Virus record (IMG/VR): IMGVR_UViG_3300029705_000023
Span: 1-45,562 of that record
Reading direction: 5' to 3' (one strand)
Length of the DNA: 45,562 nucleotides
Source of the DNA: a virus
Taxonomy: Duplodnaviria; Heunggongvirae; Uroviricota; Caudoviricetes
Of this stretch, positions 1-9,347 are shown one piece after another. Within the stretch, counting starts at the first letter, position 1. Every line of letters starts with the position of its first letter. The notes beneath the pieces are model-generated. The model saw only the letters and a list, made by a program, of their open reading frames with translations, was not told where the DNA came from and did not search any database. A program made the position numbers and the translations under genes.

Positions 1-2
1 TG

Positions 3-578
3 GATCGGATCATAGAGCGTAGTAAACAGCTGCGGAAAGAGGCAAATTTAAGGCTTGTAAAAGAAGGAGGTGGAGGACAGGCAGTTAAAAACTTCGGACT
101 GGGACTTTGGCGCTTTTTTACCGGATGGGGCAAAAGTCCGAAAGTAGATGCCGCAACGAAGACTGTGAAGACACGTACAGGTAGCATAGTACAGGTTCAT
201 ACCTCAGCCGACGTGGACAAGTTCCTGAACCAAAAAGGCTGGGCTAGCTTTGGTCGCGGTGCCGCGTATACCGGTGCGGCCACCGTAAGTGTCCCCTGGC
301 TCCTCTCCGGCGGTGAGTATCAGCCTCCGACACAGGATGGGCTGTCTGGCGGATCTGGTTCCGGCGGCGAAGGCAGTAAAGGGATCAACTGGCTCCCGTG
401 GATGCTCGGTGTTCCGGCAGCCGGAGCGGCAGGCGTCGGCTTGTACAAGATTCTGAACAGTAAAAAGCCTGAACCTCTTCCGCGAATCGAGGATGCCGTA
501 TTGAGTGATGACGAAATCGCAGCGGAGTTGAGAAAAAGACAAGAAGAACAGTTTCAGAACGAGGAGCTCTACGCATGA
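3..578 (+). CDS. 5'-truncated membrane/Gly-zipper virion-associated protein
   Basis: Frame is open from the window edge (DRIIERSKQLRKEANLRLVKEGGGG...). Hydrophobic Gly-rich segments (GAAYTGAATVSVPWLL; LGVPAAGAAGVGLY). C-terminus resembles that of the next ORF. Confidence 0.6.
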   Translation, partial: DRIIERSKQLRKEANLRLVKEGGGGQAVKNFGLGLWRFFTGWGKSPKVDAATKTVKTRTGSIVQVHTSADVDKFLNQKGWASFGRGAAYTGAATVSVPWLLSGGEYQPPTQDGLSGGSGSGGEGSKGINWLPWMLGVPAAGAAGVGLYKILNSKKPEPLPRIEDAVLSDDEIAAELRKRQEEQFQNEELYA

Positions 579-1072
579 TCCAACGGCTACGGACGGACAA
601 CTTGATACGGCAGGTCAACAGAAAAGGAATGGAGAAAGAAGCCTTGATCTGGGTGTGGCCTGCCTTGAAAGGGTTAGGTACCGCTGCGGTCATGACAGGT
701 GTATGGGTAGCCGGCGAGGCAGCCTATGATCACTTCTCCGGGAAAGACGCGCGGGATCAGGATACACTCACGGCATTGCAACAGAACAACCAGCTTCGTG
801 AGGAGGACCTTCAGCTGAGAGTTCATGAAATGGAACAGCAGCGGAACAATAACGCATCAGGAACACAGACTGGTTCCCTGACTCCTTACGCGATCGGCGC
901 CGCCGGACTCGGTGCAGCTGGACTAGGTGCCTGGGGGCTGTCCAAAGCATTTGGAAAGAGACCTCAACCGCAGATACCTCGACAATACACTTCCGAATAT
1001 AGTACTGCCGCCCTGGAATCGGAGCTTGCTCGAAGGAAGAAAAAAAGAAAAACAACTGGTTTGGTACAATGA
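575..1072 (+). CDS. Gly-zipper membrane protein, putative internal head/ejected protein
   Basis: ATGA overlap with the upstream gene. MEKEA motif followed by a hydrophobic helix, and a second GAAGLGAAGLGAWGL helix. Confidence 0.65.
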   Translation: MIQRLRTDNLIRQVNRKGMEKEALIWVWPALKGLGTAAVMTGVWVAGEAAYDHFSGKDARDQDTLTALQQNNQLREEDLQLRVHEMEQQRNNNASGTQTGSLTPYAIGAAGLGAAGLGAWGLSKAFGKRPQPQIPRQYTSEYSTAALESELARRKKKRKTTGLVQ

Positions 1073-1084
1073 GCCAGGAAGTAA

Positions 1085-1519
1085 ATGGAGGATGGACGAA
1101 TGGCGCCTACGGTGGATGAACTGACCGTGATACAGAATCGGTTTCGAAAACAGGCCCGGGCCTTTTTGAAGGCAGCCCGACAGGAGAAACAGTCCGCATT
1201 AACCGTTTCCAATAATCAGCCGACAGACAGTGCTGTTATGAATACGCTGATTAGCGGTGCGGTGGGACTGGGTGCGCTGGGAATGCTCGTACCGTCTTAT
1301 CGATTTGTTCAGTCTGCGAGAAAAGGGTATAAAGACAAAGTAGAAGACATTTCTGACGTCACTCGTGCCTCTCAGGCATGGAATGCTTTAAGGCAGGGAC
1401 GGGAAGACGACTATATGCCGCTGCGAGCGGTACTGGAAACGGAGCCGGACCTGTTGGATGAGTATCGTCAGAAACTCAGGAAAAAAGATCTCCAGAAAGC
1501 AATGGAATCCAACTTCTAA
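1085..1519 (+). CDS. hypothetical membrane protein (single Gly-rich TM)
   Basis: Operon position; ISGAVGLGALGMLV helix. Confidence 0.6.
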   Translation: MEDGRMAPTVDELTVIQNRFRKQARAFLKAARQEKQSALTVSNNQPTDSAVMNTLISGAVGLGALGMLVPSYRFVQSARKGYKDKVEDISDVTRASQAWNALRQGREDDYMPLRAVLETEPDLLDEYRQKLRKKDLQKAMESNF

Positions 1520-1533
1520 CAAAGGATAGTTCA

Positions 1534-2973
1534 ATGAATCATAACTCAATATACGGCTCGCTGGAACGCTTGTACGCCCAGCGCAGCAACCTCTACAAAA
1601 AGGCTTCAGACGGACTTCATTCGGAAGCACCCGATGATCCGACTGGAGACGGAACAGTAGAACCGACCACGGGTGATCTGTTTGCGACGATGGATAAAGA
1701 GATCCAGGATTATCCGATCACCGACGTGACCGCTGCGGATGACGGAACCGCTTTCAACAGCGACGTGACCGCCAATCTGGATAACATCGGCACGGAAGTT
1801 ACGGAATTCGATGACAGTGTGGTAGATGAGTACAGCATGGATGTTGAGGATCCGGGAACAGAATCTCAGGTCAAATTCAGCCAGTACAAATTCGCCTCCA
1901 TGAGTTTCTCTCAGAACCATCAGGTCTTCAAGAAACTCGCTTCCGCTTTAGCACGGGATCTTAAAGACCGTGCGGCTGGCGCACTTGCCCGTACCAAGCA
2001 GGCAGGCTACGCTCCGGCGATGACTTCTGATCAGATTGCAATGGACCGCTTCCGCAAAGCAAAAATGATCATCGAAGAGGGTGAAAAAGATGGTATCCTG
2101 ATGGCCAAGAATGCCGCCTTCCTGCTTCGTAAAGCCGCGAATGGCGAAGCAGTCACACCGGAAGACATTCCGGTAGATGCTGTAGAGGACATTCCGGTCG
2201 AAACGGCTCCGGAAGAAGCTGTTCTGGATCCTGCTGCGGAAGAAGCGGCTGCTGTTCTCTCGGAACTTCCGCCGGAAACAGTAGAGGCTCTGGTCCAGCT
2301 CCCTGAAGAAGAACTGCAGGCCATCGAAGAGATGGCGGCTGCGGTAGATGCCGGAGCTGTGGAACCGGAAGAAGCGATCGCGATGCTCGCTGGCGAAGAG
2401 GGAGCCCCTTCGGAAGAAGCCGTTGTGTGTGACGAGACTGGCTGTACTGCTAAAGAAGCCGCTTACCGCCGCTGGATGTATAAACTTGCAGAAGAAGCTC
2501 CGTTGACAGAGGAGGATGTTATCGCGGCAGCCGACGTCCCGGCAGATGATCTTGCCGCAATCGAAGCACTCCCGCCGGAAGCTATTGAAGAATTGATCGC
2601 GCTCGAAGAAGCGGTAGATGCCGGAGATATTCCGGCCGAAACCGCGATCGCGCTTTTGGAGGGTGATCCAGGTCTGGAAGCTGCGCTTGAGGAAGCTCCA
2701 GTAGAAGAAGTTCCTGTGGACGCAGCCCCTGTCTCCGAAGACGAAGCTGTGGCTGAACTTTCTTCGGCTATGGCCGAGCAGGGCGTAACTCCTGACGACC
2801 TGGAAGCCGCCGCGGCGGTATCCGATGAGATAAAATCCGCCAGCCTGCGCAAGATCGCCCGCAGTGTCAGGGTTTATCGCACGAAATATGCGGCTCATAC
2901 CCGCAGCAAAACTGCACGCCGCGTCGCTCTTCGACGCCACTGCAAGAACGTTCTCAGTGAATTATTAGACTAA
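1534..2973 (+). CDS. acidic Ala/Glu-rich protein, putative capsid scaffold
   Basis: Highly acidic and repetitive (EEAP/VDAG/LPPE) with a basic C-terminus. Lies upstream of the capsid genes and has about 10 K-x-A motifs. SD-like AAGGA upstream. Confidence 0.55.
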   Translation: MNHNSIYGSLERLYAQRSNLYKKASDGLHSEAPDDPTGDGTVEPTTGDLFATMDKEIQDYPITDVTAADDGTAFNSDVTANLDNIGTEVTEFDDSVVDEYSMDVEDPGTESQVKFSQYKFASMSFSQNHQVFKKLASALARDLKDRAAGALARTKQAGYAPAMTSDQIAMDRFRKAKMIIEEGEKDGILMAKNAAFLLRKAANGEAVTPEDIPVDAVEDIPVETAPEEAVLDPAAEEAAAVLSELPPETVEALVQLPEEELQAIEEMAAAVDAGAVEPEEAIAMLAGEEGAPSEEAVVCDETGCTAKEAAYRRWMYKLAEEAPLTEEDVIAAADVPADDLAAIEALPPEAIEELIALEEAVDAGDIPAETAIALLEGDPGLEAALEEAPVEEVPVDAAPVSEDEAVAELSSAMAEQGVTPDDLEAAAAVSDEIKSASLRKIARSVRVYRTKYAAHTRSKTARRVALRRHCKNVLSELLD

Positions 2974-2985
2974 GGAGATTTCAAT

Positions 2986-3363
2986 ATGTATACTGACCAG
3001 GAACGAGACCACATGGTTTTCGACCTTATCAGCTGCGCCCATGAGGGGATGGCGAAAGCCGCCGCGATCCATGCTGCCAAACAGCAGCAGGACCGCGAGG
3101 TCGAAGCCATGATCCCGAATGTGCTGGATGCTCTTGTTACCAATCGACGTATCGCGCCGGGTGAAACGGTAAAGGTCGCCGGTTGGCTTCGCAATCAGGC
3201 TACGACTCTTCAGTTCCTTGCCGAGCTTGCGGCGCACGACAACTCGGTACCGTCCGGAAAACTCGGCTCGACAGTCAAGAAAGCCAATCTCCAGTCCGGC
3301 ACGACGCATAAGCAGCGTGAAGATGAGATTCTGGAAGAGTTCTTTCAAAGCTACGACCTCTAA
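2986..3363 (+). CDS. hypothetical head-module protein
   Basis: SD AAGGAG; lies between the scaffold-like and decoration-like genes. Confidence 0.6.
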   Translation: MYTDQERDHMVFDLISCAHEGMAKAAAIHAAKQQQDREVEAMIPNVLDALVTNRRIAPGETVKVAGWLRNQATTLQFLAELAAHDNSVPSGKLGSTVKKANLQSGTTHKQREDEILEEFFQSYDL

Positions 3364-3379
3364 TATAAAGGATTAAAAT

Positions 3380-4204
3380 ATGCAGGCTTACAATATTGCC
3401 GCAACGCATCGTCTGGAACCGATCTCCGGTTTTGATGAAATCACGCACCTTCAGTTCACAGCCCCGCTGGACAGTACGACAGCGAAATTCGATAACGGCA
3501 CGGGCGAAGAATTCGGTCTGCCGGCCGGTTCTGTCGTCTCGATCAACGAAAACGGCGACTTCATCGCCGGTGCCGCCGGAACGGCCATGCCGTGCTTCCT
3601 CCTCTGGAACACGAGCGGTGCCGACGGTATGGCGTGGACGTCCACAACAGCTAACGGTATGAACTATGCCGGTACGGCAGGTGTCTCCGCTGCCAAAGCC
3701 TACGACAGCCGCGACTGGCTGGAAAACTCTTTGGACGCGAACGGTACGTATGTTGCAGGAGGTGCCAGTCCTTTGCAGCGCAATCCGGGCGAGAGCTGGA
3801 GCGGTACGTCTGTCTCCTACTCCCTGAAACCGGGCGTTGGAAACTTCACGGCATGGCCCGCCACCTGCGGTCTGGAACTGACTTCCACCGAATTCGAACG
3901 CGTCAGCACGTCTGCGGACGATGAGATCGCGGTTCCGGCGGAATTCAAGCGCAATGACCTCCTGACCTCCCCGGTCGCCGGTCAGATCGCTGCCGCGGAT
4001 ACGGACAACCCGTTTGTCGCCCGTCAGAAGGCCCGCGGCGGTTTCCTCAAGGTCGATGACATCACGACCGCCGACCTGGCTACCAACGGCATCCATAATA
4101 TCTGCGGTACCGTTTCGCGCGGCATCATGCAGAACGAAAACGCGATCCACGTCCTGTTCTTCTGGGCGGAACGCACTCTGGTCCCGACGATTGCCGGTAA
4201 CTAA
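3380..4204 (+). CDS. putative capsid decoration/cement protein
   Basis: Gly/Ala/Thr-rich and beta-type (LPAGSVVSINENG, GLELTSTEF, CGTVSRG). Strong C-ending codon bias. Directly upstream of the MCP. Confidence 0.5.
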   Translation: MQAYNIAATHRLEPISGFDEITHLQFTAPLDSTTAKFDNGTGEEFGLPAGSVVSINENGDFIAGAAGTAMPCFLLWNTSGADGMAWTSTTANGMNYAGTAGVSAAKAYDSRDWLENSLDANGTYVAGGASPLQRNPGESWSGTSVSYSLKPGVGNFTAWPATCGLELTSTEFERVSTSADDEIAVPAEFKRNDLLTSPVAGQIAAADTDNPFVARQKARGGFLKVDDITTADLATNGIHNICGTVSRGIMQNENAIHVLFFWAERTLVPTIAGN

Positions 4205-4234
4205 GTTCTATAAAATCACATTTAAGGATAAATC

Positions 4235-5242
4235 ATGGATAACTATACGATCGCCGCGCGGAAAGAACGCGAAATGGCTCTTTCCCGCAACCTTATCGAC
4301 GGCTTCTTAAGCAAGGAAGCTGCTTCCGTAAAAAAAGCGACTGAGACCACGAACGCCTTTACGCGCAAAACGCTGATGGAAAATTCGTGGATGCATAAGA
4401 TCCTTCCGGCTGAACCGATCTCCCCGTCGGAATTCACCGAAGACATCAACGAACGCTTCCCGTACAAACTTGTTCCACTCGAACCGACTTCCCGCGGAGC
4501 GATGACGGTCCAGTTCGGTACCGTTCCGAATACGATGTACTTCGATGCGGAATACTACCGTGTACCGTTCAACCGCATTCTGTCCCCGCGTCTCACGCTG
4601 GACGTTGCGGAACTCCTGCGCTATCGCTACGATATTCGTCAGGTCATCCTGGACAAACACACGAAATACATCGAACTGGAAAAAGACCGCCGTTTTATCC
4701 AGGCTGTGACGGAAGCCCTTCGCATGACCGAAACGATGGGCGCTTTGGGCAACCGCCGTGCTACCCCGAGCCAGATCCGTGCCTTCGACTCCGGTCTGAC
4801 GCGCGACAATCTGGTCGATGCCGTTCAGATCATGCAGTCCACGCAGGCGCACATCCCGCCGTCCTGCGCTCTGTGCAATACCAAGACCTATTCGGAATTC
4901 GCCAAATGGCAGCATGACGAAATGGGCGGTGGTTCCATCGCAGAAGACATCATCCTCAACGGTATCGGCGAACGCAACTGGATGGGTCTTAACTGGGTCG
5001 TCTCGATCAAGCACGAGATCCTCCCGGACGGCTTCGTTTACTTCTTCGCCAATCCGGACTACCTCGGCAAACACTACATCGTGGAAGATCTCACGATGTG
5101 GGTCGAGCAGCAGGCGTACATGCTCACGACCTTCCAGTGGACGATGAGCGGCGCGGCTATCGGTAATCTCAGTGGTATCGCTATGGCGGACTTCAATCCG
5201 ACCGGTATCTCCGCGGGCGGTGTCACGGCCACCTTCAAATAA
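4235..5242 (+). CDS. major capsid protein (HK97-like fold)
   Basis: 335 aa with strong codon bias. Motifs FTRKTLME...ILP, RVPFNRILSP...DVAEL...YDIRQ, EKDRRFI, YFFANPDYLGK and GAAIGN resemble large-phage capsid proteins. Confidence 0.75.
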   Translation: MDNYTIAARKEREMALSRNLIDGFLSKEAASVKKATETTNAFTRKTLMENSWMHKILPAEPISPSEFTEDINERFPYKLVPLEPTSRGAMTVQFGTVPNTMYFDAEYYRVPFNRILSPRLTLDVAELLRYRYDIRQVILDKHTKYIELEKDRRFIQAVTEALRMTETMGALGNRRATPSQIRAFDSGLTRDNLVDAVQIMQSTQAHIPPSCALCNTKTYSEFAKWQHDEMGGGSIAEDIILNGIGERNWMGLNWVVSIKHEILPDGFVYFFANPDYLGKHYIVEDLTMWVEQQAYMLTTFQWTMSGAAIGNLSGIAMADFNPTGISAGGVTATFK

Positions 5243-5247
5243 GGAGA

Positions 5248-5595
5248 ATGACTATGAATGATTTGGAAGCCCGCCGTTTCCTGCATGACCGGCTCTACGC
5301 TCCGATGTTTCGGAATAAGGTCGCGAGCCTAACCGGAATTCAGTTCGAAAGCCCTGAAGAGGAAGCTATGGCTCAGGCTGTGACTTTCCGCATGAAGAGT
5401 GCGAACGCGCACATTCGTCAGGCAAGTCAGCAGCCGACACCGAGTCAGCAGCAGGTCAAAATGGCGCTTTACTCCCAGATGGACCAGCTCGCCGGAAACG
5501 TTTTCGGCGATAACGTGTCGGAACGCGACCGTGAGATCTTCGCGATCGCCAATGACCCGCAGATCGGTCCGGCACTGGATGCTCTTAACCTGTAA
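5248..5595 (+). CDS. hypothetical head-module protein
   Basis: SD AAGGAG; follows the MCP; KVAS and KMA motifs. Confidence 0.6.
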   Translation: MTMNDLEARRFLHDRLYAPMFRNKVASLTGIQFESPEEEAMAQAVTFRMKSANAHIRQASQQPTPSQQQVKMALYSQMDQLAGNVFGDNVSERDREIFAIANDPQIGPALDALNL

Positions 5596-5606
5596 AGGAG
5601 GGCGCT

Positions 5607-5897
5607 ATGATCCCGAGTAATGTGTTTCCCAAGACGAAGTACACGCATTCAAACTTCAGCCGTACCTGGTCCTGGATCAAACGCAATTACCGCATCTATG
5701 GACTTCAGCTCGAGAATATCGGGGCAGAAGATGTCTTTTGCCCCTACCTCGGAGCTTACGGGGTTACGATCCCTGCCGGAGAAACTGTCTTCGCGCAGTT
5801 CCGGGTCAAGATCCCGTACACGAAAGCGGTCCGGTACTACAATCTGATGCGGGACCATCTGTCAGGGGAATCCCCTAAACTGAAACTGGCTGAATAG
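5607..5897 (+). CDS. hypothetical protein
   Basis: SD AAGGAGG; in operon. Confidence 0.6.
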   Translation: MIPSNVFPKTKYTHSNFSRTWSWIKRNYRIYGLQLENIGAEDVFCPYLGAYGVTIPAGETVFAQFRVKIPYTKAVRYYNLMRDHLSGESPKLKLAE

Positions 5898-5908
5898 CCA
5901 AAAGAAAT

Positions 5909-5936
5909 TGGGGAGCCGCCGCGCTCCCCTCTTTAG
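5909..5936 (+). terminator. hairpin/possible weak terminator
   Basis: GGGGAGC-CGCCGC-GCTCCCC followed by TCTTT. Confidence 0.45.
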
Positions 5937-5949
5937 TAAAGGAATAAAA

Positions 5950-6240
5950 ATGAAACGAATCCTTCTTACTGTTTTACTCTGCCTCATGGCGTCTGTCTGT
6001 TTCGCACAGAATGCCTGTGAGCCTGTCACCGCCTGCGACCCGATCACTGCCTGCGACCCGGTTGTTACGGAAAGCCCGATGATCTACTCGATCCCGCCGG
6101 CGGTCCATACCGTACCGGTACGCGTCCTCGTCATTCCGGAACGCCCCGTCCGTACCCGCACACGCGAGATCATCCGTGAACGAGCCGTCCGCGTCCGTCA
6201 GCTTCCGCCGGTCTCCGCCTGCGGTCCCGTGCTCCAGTGA
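5950..6240 (+). CDS. small secreted protein with signal peptide and AC(D/E)P repeats
   Basis: MKRILLTVLLCLMASVCFA signal peptide, ACEPVTACDPITACDP repeats and an Arg-rich C-terminal half. SD AAGGA before ATG 5950. Confidence 0.65.
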   Translation: MKRILLTVLLCLMASVCFAQNACEPVTACDPITACDPVVTESPMIYSIPPAVHTVPVRVLVIPERPVRTRTREIIRERAVRVRQLPPVSACGPVLQ

Positions 6241-6250
6241 TATTAATAAT

Positions 6251-6283
6251 AAAAGCACAGTCGAAATACACGTCTGTGCTTTT
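6251..6283 (+). terminator. rho-independent terminator
   Basis: AAAAGCACAG...CTGTGCTTTT inverted repeat at the end of the capsid operon. Confidence 0.6.
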
Positions 6284-6306
6284 CTATCTTAAGACAGGAT
6301 CCTACG

Positions 6307-7440
6307 ATGAAAGACCCGTATCGCCAACTAGGAGATTATTTGACAGGCGGCACCTGCGCCGGGTTGCGCCGTGTCAAAACAAATACATTTGCCAAGAAAG
6401 CCTCTATTAAAGACTACCTCACCCACGGGCTGATCGGTGCCGGAACGGGTGCAGGGTTAGGTGCTTTGGCAGGTACCGTGAAGGAGACTCCGGAAGCCGA
6501 CCCAAAACTAATAGTAGGCGGCGCGGGCGTCGGAGGAGCACTGGGACTCCTCTCAGGTATGCTGCGATCCAGAGAGAGGGACCGGTTTGAGACGTCCTGG
6601 AATCACCGCCTGAATAGTATCCAGCGGGATGATCAGGGGCGTATGGTCGTCACGGAACGAGGACAACGCCGCTTTAAGCCAGGTTTCTATCTTACTTTTC
6701 GACCAGTACAACTGGGATTTGACCGTAAGAACGGCGGAAGTATGCACCGACTTCCGTATGGTGCCGGTGCCATGCAGCACGCGGTACTTATTGGCTATTC
6801 AGATAAACCTGTGAGTGCCGCTTATGAAGTAGACGGAAAACCTTATGAGATCCAATCGCAGCCATTAAGTAACGGGCAGTACGCGATCTCTTTTGAAATG
6901 CAGCAGCGCCCCGGTGAAGCTGGGTCGCCTTTCCATAGTCCTTCCGCCCTGCATAACATGCACGCAGTAAGCTGGATCAACGACAGAGAAGTCACAAAAG
7001 ACTCCAAGAAGACGCCGACCCTGCATAATCGGAATGAAAGTGCACAGGCCGGGGTAGACTTTCTAAATGAAGACTTAAACCTGGATCCGGCATTTCGTAT
7101 GTATTCTCTGGGAACCTTTGACCCAAAGGACCCTGATTCCGAAAGCCGATTCAAACTGGGTCTGGATCTATTGACACAGCGTGCTGTTCGAGATGACGGA
7201 CGTCTTGGGGTATGGAACATCACACCCACCTTGCTTTCCGGACTTCACCGCAACAACTGTATTTCGTGGGTCCATTATCTCACCCGCGGACTGATCGACG
7301 AAGGAGTTATTCCGGAGCCTGACTGGAAGACGTTCCCGAAATACATGACCGGTATCGCGAATGAAGATTTCTCCACGAACCCGGCACGTTACAAAAGTCT
7401 CTACGGCGCAATTAGAAACAAGGAGCAGAAAGATGTTTAA
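6307..7440 (+). CDS. K-x-A leader + Gly-zipper TM + permuted papain-like (PPPDE/LRAT-like) domain protein
   Basis: FAKKAS, then GLIGAGTGAGLGALAG / GGAGVGGALGLL, then QHAVLIG...WNI...RNNCISWVHYL (His before Cys). Paralog of 9348-10685. Confidence 0.55.
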   Translation: MKDPYRQLGDYLTGGTCAGLRRVKTNTFAKKASIKDYLTHGLIGAGTGAGLGALAGTVKETPEADPKLIVGGAGVGGALGLLSGMLRSRERDRFETSWNHRLNSIQRDDQGRMVVTERGQRRFKPGFYLTFRPVQLGFDRKNGGSMHRLPYGAGAMQHAVLIGYSDKPVSAAYEVDGKPYEIQSQPLSNGQYAISFEMQQRPGEAGSPFHSPSALHNMHAVSWINDREVTKDSKKTPTLHNRNESAQAGVDFLNEDLNLDPAFRMYSLGTFDPKDPDSESRFKLGLDLLTQRAVRDDGRLGVWNITPTLLSGLHRNNCISWVHYLTRGLIDEGVIPEPDWKTFPKYMTGIANEDFSTNPARYKSLYGAIRNKEQKDV

Positions 7441-8731
7441 GAAGAGTCAATATCTAAAGAAAAGCGCGGCGCATCGCCAGCTCACGAAACTCGCGAATGC
7501 CGCACAAGTTATCCGCGTCAACCGCAGACTCGCCAAAAAAGCAGGAGCCGGAATGGGAGATGTGGTGGCAAATACTCACAGTAAACCTGCTGCCGCAGGA
7601 CCTCAGAAACCTGCGCCGGCATACACACCGCTTGCTGGACGACATCCAAGGAAACCGAAACCTGTCGCAAAACAGCCTTCCGAGCCGATCGATCTGGTGA
7701 TCCCGCATACGAATCCACTACAATGGAAAGATCTTTCACTTCAGAATATTCTCGCGTCAGGGTATGCTCCGGGTACCCCCTGGAACGAAGATATTAAACG
7801 GCATGCACCCTACTATGGGTGGGATGCAAAACCGGGTTTTTATATGATGCAGGCACCATTTCTCAGGCGAGGAGATATAAACGGAACGGGATCTTACAAG
7901 TATACAGACATACTAAACAAGAATAAAGACCATAAATACTGGGGATTTGGCCAATGGTGTGCCAACCAACTTCCAGTACCTGGTGTCAATCACTCATTTC
8001 TTACCGCAGTTCTCGATGAGGCCCAATGGAAAACATTGCCGGAAGCAGAACGGCATCGTTACACTTACTTCCCACGGGAGGGAAAGTCTCCTCTTTATGC
8101 TCGTCAAGTTTCGTCTGCGAATGCAGAGAGAATATCAGAGGAGTCAACAAATAGACCGGAATCCAGCCGCCTTTTATACTGGTTGTTCCAGAATCATCCA
8201 GGTGGTACCCCCCTACATAAAATGCCCGGAGAGCAGTATGAGCTACATTTACCCGGCGCAGGGCATATCAACTATATCGCAAGAGCACCGCTAGTCGGGG
8301 AGGAATATGCAAATAATGCTTGGAACTTTACACGGCTGCCTAATGAATCAGACGCGGAGTGGAATGCACGCTATGCTCTGGCAATTAATAACGCAGCTAA
8401 TGCGGCAGCAGCACAGATACGAGAGTCACCAGACTATAACATGCTGGACGCAAACTGCCATTTAGGAACTATGAACGGGCTCTTGAATAACCCGTATATA
8501 ATCCCTGTCCGCGGCTCAACGGGTGGAATCGAAGGTGCCAGCGGTACAACAGGGTCCTTGGCAGATACTAAATGGTTCACTCCGTTTACATTGTATACGG
8601 CAGCAGATGATGAGGTTACAGAAGCGGCAAAAGGTATGCCTAAAGCACAACGAAATCGTGCCCGAAAAAAACAGCTTCGAAGAGATTGGGGCATACCCGG
8701 TGTCATATACTCCTTGTTTATGGACAACTGA
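7433..8731 (+). CDS. K-x-A leader + Pro/Lys linker + permuted papain-like domain protein
   Basis: SD AGGAG before ATG 7433. LKKSAA, LTKLAN and LAKKAG leader. NHSFL...DYNMLDANCH motif. Body is more AT-rich than the flanks. Confidence 0.55.
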   Translation: MFKKSQYLKKSAAHRQLTKLANAAQVIRVNRRLAKKAGAGMGDVVANTHSKPAAAGPQKPAPAYTPLAGRHPRKPKPVAKQPSEPIDLVIPHTNPLQWKDLSLQNILASGYAPGTPWNEDIKRHAPYYGWDAKPGFYMMQAPFLRRGDINGTGSYKYTDILNKNKDHKYWGFGQWCANQLPVPGVNHSFLTAVLDEAQWKTLPEAERHRYTYFPREGKSPLYARQVSSANAERISEESTNRPESSRLLYWLFQNHPGGTPLHKMPGEQYELHLPGAGHINYIARAPLVGEEYANNAWNFTRLPNESDAEWNARYALAINNAANAAAAQIRESPDYNMLDANCHLGTMNGLLNNPYIIPVRGSTGGIEGASGTTGSLADTKWFTPFTLYTAADDEVTEAAKGMPKAQRNRARKKQLRRDWGIPGVIYSLFMDN

Positions 8732-8744
8732 AATAGTTCTGAAT

Positions 8745-8779
8745 GCTAAAAGAAAGGCGCCTGTCGCCTTTCTTTTAGC
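8745..8779. terminator. bidirectional terminator
   Basis: Perfect 15-bp stem GCTAAAAGAAAGGCG / CGCCTTTCTTTTAGC between convergent genes. Confidence 0.75.
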
Positions 8780-9183
8780 TAACACTGTTTATATAACGCG
8801 AGACTTCCATAGATCCAGCCTAAGAACAAGACCCCGACCCCTGAAAGCATGGATGTTGTAAACCAAACATCACCATAGCCTGGGTACGGTGCCTGTCCCA
8901 GCGGTATCGGTTCCGGAAATAAGGAATACAAATATATGATAGCAGGAACGCACAGATTCAAAAGAATGAACCCGAATGGCAAGCCCTTCTTACGAGGCAT
9001 TTGGATACCATACCATATCCAAAGAGCCCAAAATAACGGACATGTAATAAAAGCTACAATCCCGCATAGAGTTACAACAGGAACAAAGAGTAAACCTACT
9101 AAAAAACCAACAGATAAAAAGCATAACAAAAATTTGAGCGTCTTCTTCACACCACCCCAGACCGTTTCTTTTGAAATTTTCAT
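8779..9183 (-). CDS. AT-rich multi-pass membrane protein
   Basis: About 4 hydrophobic segments; SD AAGGAG on the minus strand; low GC. Confidence 0.7.
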   Translation of the reverse strand: MKISKETVWGGVKKTLKFLLCFLSVGFLVGLLFVPVVTLCGIVAFITCPLFWALWIWYGIQMPRKKGLPFGFILLNLCVPAIIYLYSLFPEPIPLGQAPYPGYGDVWFTTSMLSGVGVLFLGWIYGSLALYKQC

Positions 9184-9347
9184 ATCGCTTCTCCTTTTCT
9201 AAAAACATTGAAAACTAACCACACGGTCTTATTATATGCCGCAATTTCGCCTTCTATTTAATAGAACGCACGCGCGTTACAGAATGCTCGATATTTTTTT
9301 ACTTTTTTTGAAAAAAATGTAAAATAACGGAATAAAGGAGAACCACT

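Noticed and set aside
2150-2720. Repeats in the scaffold-like gene (GAAGACATTCCGGT, GCGGTAGATGCCGGAG) as a CRISPR or DNA repeat array
   Set aside because: They are in-frame protein repeats with no spacer periodicity.
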